A stretch of DNA of 64,000 nucleotides from Novosphingobium sp. UBA6272 (GCF_002440635.1 NZ_DJUW01000006.1:29016-93015); one strand, 5' to 3'. Counted from the first letter of the stretch, positions 27,803 through 38,194 are shown. Numbers and translations are program-made. The notes: generated by a model not told the origin, from the sequence alone.

Positions 27803-28276
27803 TCAATCTGCAGAAAACACTTCAGATTCGCTTGCTTCGCGAATCCTTTTTGCCTTCTTGCGCTCTAACAGTCCATATACGCCAGCGTTCTCGACCTCGA
27901 GTGATCGATAGTGCTGATGAATATCCATTAGAGTTGACGCTGCTTCTTTAACAGCATTGTCGCCCAAATAAGACAGAATATAGAGGGACACAATTCTCGA
28001 ATACGCGGCATCTGTCAGATGCTCAAGCCTATTGTGGTCACCCAAACTCACATTTGCAGTGCAAAGAACTCCGCCATGAGAATCGTCGTCCCAGCTGTGA
28101 AAGCTAAGGTGCCCGCGGTCCCAGAGCGTCGTGCAGTCGATCTCTGATCGCCCACCGAAATGCCCTACCGATGCGCCGATTATAGATGGCAAAGAGGTTG
28201 TGAACTTCGCACGCCTCAATTCGTCCACCGCGATAGAAGTCGAAGTCAATGATGTATTGGGTTTCATCGGAATCAT
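27803..28276 (-). CDS. small helical protein (cassette gene B), start uncertain
   Basis: Maximal ORF of 157 aa. Its first 173 nt overlap the well-supported 3' end of gene A, so the real start is probably internal (e.g. GTG 28051, giving 82 aa). Confidence 0.45.
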   Translation of the reverse strand: MIPMKPNTSLTSTSIAVDELRRAKFTTSLPSIIGASVGHFGGRSEIDCTTLWDRGHLSFHSWDDDSHGGVLCTANVSLGDHNRLEHLTDAAYSRIVSLYILSYLGDNAVKEAASTLMDIHQHYRSLEVENAGVYGLLERKKAKRIREASESEVFSAD

Positions 28277-28892
28277 CCGTTTCTACAATGCCATGTTGAA
28301 AGAAAAGTCCATCTCCAGTCTCATGATCCAAGCATCTCACCTGATGCTGAGCTTCATCTACCAACCCTTCCCAATCAGAAGACACCAGCTCAGACACAAC
28401 TGGTTCTGACAGCAGTTCAGACCAAGCGATTTCATCCAGACCTAGCGAACTTCTCGTAATTACATTGCGGTATCTTAGGCCAATCCTGTTGTAAAATACT
28501 GGTCTATAGAGCTCGCTTAGTGCTGCAAATGCTGCTTCACATGTATCCCAGAACACCTCCCACCGCGCGTATGCTTTCGTCGAGATTGTAAGTGCATCAG
28601 CGAGGAGCGTGACTGATACTACATTATCTTCGTCACGAAATGTATACCCCGTACCGGCAGTTGGTGCTCCGATCGCCTGGAGCAATTCCTGCGGAATCTG
28701 CTGCGCCGCCCGACTGGCAGATCGCTCCAATATGGGGAGCCGATCTCGCAGCCGCTCTTGAAAATCAGCTGGCGGCTGCGCTTCAATTTTCAAGATTGTT
28801 GGGTAGCGAACCTGACAAATGACCTCGCGCAGCGGATTTCGCTCATAAACGGTTCGTGGCGCATCTGGAAAAAGATTATCAATTCCAGGCAT
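28104..28892 (-). CDS. TIGR04255-family protein (cassette gene A, function unknown)
   Basis: The N-terminal 'YERNPLREVICQVRYP' and central 'NRIGLRYRNVI' fit my recollection of the TIGR04255 model. 262 aa is a typical length. Confidence 0.75.
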   Translation of the reverse strand: MPGIDNLFPDAPRTVYERNPLREVICQVRYPTILKIEAQPPADFQERLRDRLPILERSASRAAQQIPQELLQAIGAPTAGTGYTFRDEDNVVSVTLLADALTISTKAYARWEVFWDTCEAAFAALSELYRPVFYNRIGLRYRNVITRSSLGLDEIAWSELLSEPVVSELVSSDWEGLVDEAQHQVRCLDHETGDGLFFQHGIVETDDSDETQYIIDFDFYRGGRIEACEVHNLFAIYNRRIGRAFRWAIRDRLHDALGPRAP

Positions 28893-29037
28893 CTATTTTC
28901 TTTTCCAACGGGTTTTCCACATTCTGGATATCTTCATGACGAATGCAGATTGCAAGGTCTAGTCTGAAATTGTGTTTTTCCAGAGCATCAGCACCGGCTT
29001 CGCTGCCTCACCTGGCTCGGTGCAGTGGGCGCTGCGC

Positions 29038-29052
29038 GGGTTACGGTGACAG
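29038..29052. repeat. right arm of inverted repeat GGGTTACGGTGACAG
   Basis: See 27240..27254. Confidence 0.55.
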
Positions 29053-29110
29053 GTCGTAAACCCCCAAAACGCCCAGTGAATTAGATCTTCGGCCAACTTC
29101 GCCTGGAAAC

Positions 29111-29966
<856 letters not shown>

Positions 29967-30445
29967 TTAGGCAGCCCAACAAACCCGACAAGTTCTGTTA
30001 CATCTTACACGCTGCGCAGCGGTTAGCGATGTTGCCGTCCTGCTACTCGCTCGGCGAATTTTTTGTCGGCGATTCCGTTTCGTCGGTCAGATTGACGCCC
30101 AAACCATGACGTTCCCGGCCATGTGCGCAAATCGTACCATTGTTACTGGTATTGCTGCAAAGACCGCTCGCCTCACCCCAATATTCGGGGCAACTACAAG
30201 AGCTGCATCCATGGGCCATACGCCTATCCTTCCATATTTGAGCTCACGTCGATCAAATATCTCATCACCAAGAGCCGTATCATATAAGCTTCTTGCGGCA
30301 ACCCTAGGTGATTTCACAAGCCCGCACCTGAAAATGAGGCACGAATCGCGTGCAAGTAATATTCACCTAGGTGCAGGGTATATTTGCAACAGAGGTTTTG
30401 CAATAGTCCTGAGAATAGGCGCCGCCTATTCTCACGCTACGTACT
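29967..30445. mobile_element. low-GC insert between the thiC direct repeats (probable relic of an integrated element)
   Basis: 479 bp that is AT-richer than its flanks and bounded by the 294-bp direct repeats. It has no convincing ORF and is dense in short palindromes and repeats. Confidence 0.45.
30411..30433 (-). terminator. perfect hairpin just downstream of thiC stop
   Basis: GAGAATAGGCG-c-CGCCTATTCTC, an 11-bp stem, 13 nt after the stop. No T-tract follows, so terminator function is uncertain. Confidence 0.4.
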
Positions 30446-32462
<2,017 letters not shown>

Positions 32463-32487
32463 GGCTGGTTCTAGGCGCGCGGAGCGG

Positions 32488-33249
32488 TCAGCGCAACAGG
32501 ATGTAGGCGGCGACCGCGATCACCAGCCCCGCGAACAGCTTGCGCGCCAGCGGGGCGCGGCTGGCGAGGCGGTTGGCGAGCGGCAGGGCGGCTAGGGTGC
32601 CCAGGCCGCCGCCCAGTACCAGCGCGAAGAACAGCGGCCATATCACCTTGCCGGCCAGCGCATAGCTTGCGCTGGTCGCTCCGCCGAACAGCGTGACCGA
32701 AACCAGCGAGCTGGCCCCGGCATTGGCAAGGGTCATGCCGGTCGAGGCCATCAGCCCCGGCGCGATCAGGAACCCGCCGCCGATCCCGAAGAACCCGGCG
32801 GCAAGGCCGGTGACAAGGCCCACGGGAGCGAGCTTGAGGATCATCGGCGGGGTCAGGTGGACGGCGGGATCGCCCTCATTCTTGCGGGGCAGCAGCATCG
32901 ACAGCGCGATCGCGATCATCGCGAAGGCGAACCACATCAGTAGCGCCTGGCCGTTCACCCGCTTGCCCAGCTCTGCGCCCAGCAGCGCGCCGGCCAGCCC
33001 GGCTGCGGCAAAGACCGTGGCGCAGGGCCACTTGACCCGCCCGGCCCGCGCCTGTCCGGCCAGCCCGGTCGCGGCATTGACCGCCACCGCCGCCGCCGAC
33101 GTGCCGATCGCGGCGTGGACATCGGTCAGGCCGACGACATAGATCAGCCAGGGCGTGGCCAGCACCGATCCGCCGCCGCCGAACAGGGTCAGCAGCAGGC
33201 CGATCAGCGCGCCGCCCAGCGCGGCAAGAAGAAGCGGTTCCCAGCCCAT
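32488..33249 (-). CDS. TauE/SafE family sulfite/anion exporter
   Basis: 253-aa polytopic protein, paralogous in type to 19009..19761. Confidence 0.8.
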   Translation of the reverse strand: MGWEPLLLAALGGALIGLLLTLFGGGGSVLATPWLIYVVGLTDVHAAIGTSAAAVAVNAATGLAGQARAGRVKWPCATVFAAAGLAGALLGAELGKRVNGQALLMWFAFAMIAIALSMLLPRKNEGDPAVHLTPPMILKLAPVGLVTGLAAGFFGIGGGFLIAPGLMASTGMTLANAGASSLVSVTLFGGATSASYALAGKVIWPLFFALVLGGGLGTLAALPLANRLASRAPLARKLFAGLVIAVAAYILLR

Positions 33250-33267
33250 GCGATTGGTCCTTTGCCG

Positions 33268-33801
33268 TCAGGCGGCCTGTGCCCGGTTCCATGGCATGAG
33301 CATAAGCAGCCGGGCCATGCCGCAAAAGCCGGTCGCCCCGGCAAAGGTCAGGCCCGCACCGACGAAGCCGGCCAGGCCATACCACGGCGCGGCCACGAAA
33401 GTGCCCAGCAGCACGCCGGTCAGCACCAGCATGCCGGCAGCGATCTGGACCTGGCGCATGATTTCGAGCGGGGCCTTGCGGTCTTCGTGTACCGGCAGCC
33501 CGGCCTTGGCCCAGGCGTTGAGCCCGCCTTCGAGGACATAGGCATCGCCCTGCACGCGCGCCGCCAGCCGGTCACAGGCGCCGTGGGTGCGCATGCCGGA
33601 GCGACAGGTGAAGATCACATCGGCAGCGGGATCGATCGCAAGGTGCGCCTTCTCCCACTGCGAGAGCGGCTGCGAGACCGCGCCTTCGACATGCAGGCGG
33701 GCAAATTCGTCAGCCTCGCGGATATCGACCAGAACGGCCATGCCCGCAGCCAAGCGGGCGCGGACTTCGGCCGGAGCGAGGGGGTGGAGCTTGGCAGTCA
33801 T
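33268..33801 (-). CDS. YgaP-like membrane rhodanese (rhodanese + DUF2892)
   Basis: Active-site loop 'CRSGMRT' and a C-terminal two-TM 'GFCGMARLL' segment. Start at ATG 33801. Confidence 0.75.
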   Translation of the reverse strand: MTAKLHPLAPAEVRARLAAGMAVLVDIREADEFARLHVEGAVSQPLSQWEKAHLAIDPAADVIFTCRSGMRTHGACDRLAARVQGDAYVLEGGLNAWAKAGLPVHEDRKAPLEIMRQVQIAAGMLVLTGVLLGTFVAAPWYGLAGFVGAGLTFAGATGFCGMARLLMLMPWNRAQAA

Positions 33802-33873
33802 CTCTTGTCGGGTCCTTTCAAGGGTGCGAGACGGGCCGGTGGGGGATGGCCCGCCTCGCACCCGCTATATATG

Positions 33874-33895
33874 ACTTGCATCTAAAGTAGCAAGT
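33874..33895. promoter_or_regulatory. inverted repeat ACTTGC-N10-GCAAGT in AT-rich divergent promoter region
   Basis: Lies in a 117-bp gap between the rhodanese and MBL genes, flanked by TATATA-like runs. Confidence 0.35.
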
Positions 33896-33918
33896 GCTAA
33901 TATAAGTGCAAAGGAGAA

Positions 33919-34791
33919 ATGACCATGTCACCCCATCCGCACGTCAAGGGCTTCTTCGATCCGGCGACCTTCACGATCAGCTATATCGTTCACGATCCGG
34001 CGACGAAGCAGGCGGCGATCATCGATCCGGTCCTCGATTTCACCCCGCGCAATGGCCGCACCGCGACCCGCTCGGCCGACCTGCTGCTCGATTACGTTGC
34101 GTCGGAAGGGCTCAAGCTTGCCTGGCTGCTGGAAACCCACGCCCATGCCGATCACCTTTCGGCCGCGCATTACCTGAAGGAACGGACCGGCGCGCCGATC
34201 GTGATCGGTGGCCAGATTACCCAGGTGCAGGAAGTCTTCGCCGCGCTGTTCGAAGCGGACGATGTCACTCCCGATGGCAGCCAGTTCGACCGGCTGGTCA
34301 GCGAGGGCGAGGAACTGCCGCTGGGCGAACTGGCGATCCGGGTGCTCCACACCCCCGGGCACACCCCGGCCTGTGTCAGCTATCTGATCGGCGATGCGGT
34401 CTTCGTCGGCGATACGCTGTTCATGCCTGACTACGGCACTGCGCGGAGTGATTTTCCCGGCGGCAGCGCCGCGGCGCTCTATGCCTCGATCCGCAAGATC
34501 CTGGCGCTGCCGGGTGATACGCGGATGTTCGTGGGCCACGATTACCTGCCCGAAGGGCGCAGCGATTTTCGCTGGGAAACCAGTGTGGCCGAGCAAAACA
34601 AGGCCAACATCCACATCCATGCCGGGGTGAGCGAGGCGGACTTCGTCGCCCTGCGCCAGGGCCGCGACGCCAAGCTCGAAGCGCCGCTGCTGATCCTTCC
34701 CAGCCTGCAGGTCAATATCCGCGCCGGGGCCATGCCGCCGGCGACACCGGGTGGGCACACCTATCTGCGCCTGCCGATCAACGCGATCTGA
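33919..34791 (+). CDS. MBL-fold hydrolase, persulfide-dioxygenase-like (ETHE1/Blh type)
   Basis: 'THAHADHLSAA' HxHxDH motif. Sulfur-gene context. Confidence 0.75.
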   Translation: MTMSPHPHVKGFFDPATFTISYIVHDPATKQAAIIDPVLDFTPRNGRTATRSADLLLDYVASEGLKLAWLLETHAHADHLSAAHYLKERTGAPIVIGGQITQVQEVFAALFEADDVTPDGSQFDRLVSEGEELPLGELAIRVLHTPGHTPACVSYLIGDAVFVGDTLFMPDYGTARSDFPGGSAAALYASIRKILALPGDTRMFVGHDYLPEGRSDFRWETSVAEQNKANIHIHAGVSEADFVALRQGRDAKLEAPLLILPSLQVNIRAGAMPPATPGGHTYLRLPINAI

Positions 34792-34836
34792 TCGGAACGG
34801 TTGGTCCGGCAGCCTTACCGGGCTAACCGGTCCGGG

Positions 34837-35457
34837 ATGACCGTGCTTTACCGCCTTGCCGCCGATGCCGCCGCGATCGCCGCGCGGTTCGGCGCGCAGG
34901 CGGCAGCGGCGGATCCCTGGGCCGGCGGCACGATCGCGCCGGGGCAGTTCGCTCCGGTGCTGACCACCGGGCGGGAGTTTGTGGCGGGTCCGCGCGGGGA
35001 GCGTCAGCCCATGCGGATGGTTCCCCGCCAGTGGGGCGTGCCTCCGCCGCCCGCGGCCGGCGATCCGGCGCGCGGGGTGCTGACCGTGCGCAATCCCGAC
35101 AGCCCGTTCTGGATCGGCAACCTGCGCAACAGCGAGTTCCGCTGTTTGGTTCCCGCAACCTCTGTGATGGTCTGGGGCCGGGTCGATCCCACCACCGGCA
35201 AGCGCCGCCAGCTGTGGCTGAGCCCAACGGACCAGCCGCTGTTCGCGATTGCCGGGGTGTGGAAAGATAGCGAAGTGCCCAGCTTCGCACTGCTGACCTG
35301 CGAGGCCAATGCCGCCTGGCGCCAGGCCGGGCAGCAGGCCATGCCCGCGATCCTGCCGGGCGAGCCGGAGGTCTGGCGGACCTGGCTGCGCGGCGACTGG
35401 AAGCGGGCAGAGGCGCTGCTGGTGCCCTATCCGTCTTCGCTGATTTGCGGGGGTTGA
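34837..35457 (+). CDS. SRAP/YedK-like (DUF159) protein lacking catalytic residues
   Basis: Collinear with YedK ('IAPGQ', 'RCLVPATSVMVW', 'PLFAIAGVW', 'MPAIL'), but it starts MTVLY with no Cys2. Confidence 0.6.
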   Translation: MTVLYRLAADAAAIAARFGAQAAAADPWAGGTIAPGQFAPVLTTGREFVAGPRGERQPMRMVPRQWGVPPPPAAGDPARGVLTVRNPDSPFWIGNLRNSEFRCLVPATSVMVWGRVDPTTGKRRQLWLSPTDQPLFAIAGVWKDSEVPSFALLTCEANAAWRQAGQQAMPAILPGEPEVWRTWLRGDWKRAEALLVPYPSSLICGG

Positions 35458-36878
35458 GACGGAACCGGCAGCCGGATCACGGCTCCGATCGAGAGCATAT
35501 TGGGGTCATCGATCCGGTCCCGATTGAGATCGAACAGTTCCTTCCAGCGTTTCGGATCACCCAGTCTGGCTTTGGCCAGGCGGCTGAAGGAATCCCCGCG
35601 GCGGACCGTGTAATCTTCCAGTTGCGGCGGATCTCCCTTCCATTCGATCTGGCATTGCGCCGCCCATTCGGCGATCTGGTCCGCGCACCCCTTCAGCGCG
35701 ACAGGGCGGTATGCCTTGCCTTCGGGCAGTGATCCCGGATCGGCATGCCAGCGGCGCAAGGCAGAAAGCGAAACCTGGTCCAGCCCGGCAGGACCATTTG
35801 GACGGGCACTGCGGAACAGCCTTCGCAGCGCGCCCAGCGGACCGCGCATCGACCAGGGCACCTTGGGCTCGTTCTGCAGGGCATCGAATGGGTCCGGCCG
35901 CAGTTTGTATGCCGGGTTGTCCACCTCGTCGCGCAATTCCAGACCAGCCTGGCGGGCGCCCTGCAGGACCCACAGCAAGGCTTCATCCGAAAGCCCATGC
36001 CGCGCTCCGCCGCCGCCAACCGCTCCGTGAACGCCGGGAAACCACTTCTCCTGATAATGCAGCTTCCAGTCTGGCATCGGCTCTTCGCCGCTGCGCTGGT
36101 TGCGGGAGTTGAGTTCGCGAACCTTTTCCGGGCCGAACAGCGTTGCGCGAAAGGTCGCCCGTTCTTCATCGATTGCCACGGCATGTCGCGCCGCCCTGAT
36201 CTTGCTGGTCAGAACTGCGTTGTGGAAGCTGTATTTCCGGTTGATTGCACCTGCCAATGGCAGAAAATCCGGAATTCCCAGCGCCCGGACGGTATCCCAG
36301 ACACCAAGGTAGCGGATCGTCAGGATCGGGACTTTTTCCGGGTCAAAGCCCGGCAAGTTCTGCTTGCGATAGTCGCGATCAGCGGCGCTGACGCAGACCC
36401 CGCGGCAATACTCGCTCCGGAACCGCAGGCCTTCCTCCGATTCCACGCCTTGCCCGGCTTCGGCCGACTTGTAGATCGCGATCGCCCGATCGATCACGTT
36501 GGCGTTGGTCACATCCAGAATGCCGGCGTGCCGAATGAAGCCGACAAACGAACGCGCAGTGTAGGCCCCGCGCGAGAACCCGAAGGCATAGATCTCATCG
36601 CCGGGTTCATAGTTGAAGATCAGGAACCTGTAGGCCTCACGCAAAATGGTCAGCATTCCCCGCCCCAAGGCTCCGGCGATATGCTGCCTCAACCAATTGG
36701 TGTTCGTTCCGATCCCCTCGTCGTAATAGACGATCTGCGGTGTTCCGTCCTGCGCAACCGGAACGAGCATTTGCGCGAGTTGAACGACGTTGGTGGGCCG
36801 ATCGGCTGAAAGTTGATTCCAGGTTCCGTCGAAACAGAACACCAAACGCTTGGGCTTTCTTGATCCGGTTTCTGGCAT
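35427..36878 (-). CDS. DUF2235 (Tle1-like alpha/beta hydrolase) protein with C-terminal LysM
   Basis: 'LVFCFDGTWNQ' and the 'GFSRGA' nucleophile elbow. C-terminal 'YTVRRGDSFSRLAKARLGDPKRWKELFDLN...IRLP' is a LysM. Confidence 0.75.
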   Translation of the reverse strand: MPETGSRKPKRLVFCFDGTWNQLSADRPTNVVQLAQMLVPVAQDGTPQIVYYDEGIGTNTNWLRQHIAGALGRGMLTILREAYRFLIFNYEPGDEIYAFGFSRGAYTARSFVGFIRHAGILDVTNANVIDRAIAIYKSAEAGQGVESEEGLRFRSEYCRGVCVSAADRDYRKQNLPGFDPEKVPILTIRYLGVWDTVRALGIPDFLPLAGAINRKYSFHNAVLTSKIRAARHAVAIDEERATFRATLFGPEKVRELNSRNQRSGEEPMPDWKLHYQEKWFPGVHGAVGGGGARHGLSDEALLWVLQGARQAGLELRDEVDNPAYKLRPDPFDALQNEPKVPWSMRGPLGALRRLFRSARPNGPAGLDQVSLSALRRWHADPGSLPEGKAYRPVALKGCADQIAEWAAQCQIEWKGDPPQLEDYTVRRGDSFSRLAKARLGDPKRWKELFDLNRDRIDDPNMLSIGAVIRLPVPSQPPQISEDG

Positions 36879-36970
36879 CTTGGCGGTCTCGATTCTGTGG
36901 TTTGCGAATCGATACTAGGCCAGGCGCACAAAATCTCCAGTGATGGCAATCACGCGGTTGGCCCGACCGG

Positions 36971-37372
36971 TCAGGCCAGCCGCGCCCCGCCCAGCGCGGT
37001 CAGCGCCAGCCCCAGCGCGATCGTGCTCAGCGCCCAGCCGCGGTGCATGAAGGTCAGGTTCTTGAGCCAGAACTGGGTGTAGATATCGACGAAGCCGAGG
37101 ATCGCCAACGCCTCGACCATCATGAGACCGCCCAGCGTCTTCATCGCGCAGGCAGCAAGGTCAGCCGGGATCCAGGGGTTGGTCAGATAGACCACTGCTC
37201 CGATCACCAGCTCCATCAGACCGCAGAGGAATTGCAGCGCCGGCGAACGCTCCACCTCGTCCAGCATGATCCGCCAGGCACCCGGCTTGCGCAGCGCGCC
37301 GATCCCGGCAAACAGCGCGGTCAGCCCCAGCAACAGCGCCGACCAGGCGGTAGGATCAAGGGTAGGGGACAT
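36971..37372 (-). CDS. hypothetical 4-TM membrane protein
   Basis: 133 aa, hydrophobic throughout. Confidence 0.5.
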   Translation of the reverse strand: MSPTLDPTAWSALLLGLTALFAGIGALRKPGAWRIMLDEVERSPALQFLCGLMELVIGAVVYLTNPWIPADLAACAMKTLGGLMMVEALAILGFVDIYTQFWLKNLTFMHRGWALSTIALGLALTALGGARLA

Positions 37373-37554
37373 GCATAGGCTCCATCAGGCGGCCCGGCGA
37401 GCGGACCTGTCGCTAGCCTCGGCCTAGCGGGTGATCGCGCAAGGAACCTTGCGCCAGGTCAAAACGGCGCCGGTGACTATCCATTTGGGTAGCGCAAGGG
37501 CCAGCGCTTCGCTCCAGACTGCAAGGCATGTTCGGCAAGATCCGAGGACAGGCC

Positions 37555-38172
37555 ATGAAACGAGCGCTGGGTTTTGTGATGTTGGCCGCCGCCAGCCAGG
37601 CTGCGCTGGCCCAGTCGGTCCATTGGTCAACCAAGCCGGCCAATGACTATTCGCGTTACAACAGCGGGGCGGTAACCGGCCCACCCGATGGCACCGCTAC
37701 CGCGCTGACCTGGTTCGACACCACCTGGGTGCGCGATTTCCAACCGGGCAAGATTACCGTCGCCGCGCTGGAACGCGGGCTCAAGCTTCCGGCCGGCGAG
37801 CTGGTCAAGTGGGACATCATCGCCTTCGAAGCGCACCATGCCGATGCGCACGGCCAGCCGTTCGACAGCGCGCTGTGGATGGCCAGCGACCTCAAGTCCA
37901 TCATTGCCAGCTCCTATGACCCGGCAACCTCGGGCGGGACCTATGCCGATCCGCGCAGCGGCTGGAAATTCCGTTCCGGACCGCTGTCCGCCGCAGAGTA
38001 CAAGGCCCTGTTCCCGGGGGCAAAGAACGCCGGCCCGATGGGCTGGATCCTGATCAAGCTCCCGCCGGGGGTGGACAAGACCTCGCCGATGTTCAGCGTC
38101 TGGGTTTCGGAAAACTTCTCGCAAAGCGCCAACGGCGTACCCGCGCCCGATGCGATCGGCGTGATCCGCTAG
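37555..38172 (+). CDS. secreted hypothetical protein
   Basis: Signal peptide 'MKRALGFVMLAAASQAALA'. No recognisable family. Confidence 0.5.
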   Translation: MKRALGFVMLAAASQAALAQSVHWSTKPANDYSRYNSGAVTGPPDGTATALTWFDTTWVRDFQPGKITVAALERGLKLPAGELVKWDIIAFEAHHADAHGQPFDSALWMASDLKSIIASSYDPATSGGTYADPRSGWKFRSGPLSAAEYKALFPGAKNAGPMGWILIKLPPGVDKTSPMFSVWVSENFSQSANGVPAPDAIGVIR

Positions 38173-38194
38173 CCTGCCAAGACACCACTGGACT

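Larger units (their letters stand above)
27240..29052. mobile_element. low-GC, inverted-repeat-bounded three-gene cassette (no recombinase)
   Basis: Hand GC counts give 40-50% inside against about 63-68% outside. The 15-bp arms match 14/15. It contains the three minus-strand ORFs listed next. Confidence 0.45.

Noticed and set aside
28893-28925. Sigma-54-like -24/-12 element (TGGAAAACCCGTTGGA) upstream of cassette gene A.
   Set aside because: The -12 GC is replaced by GG, and the element ends only 12 nt before the ATG, which leaves no room for a leader or RBS. It is better explained as part of the TGGAAAA repeat set.
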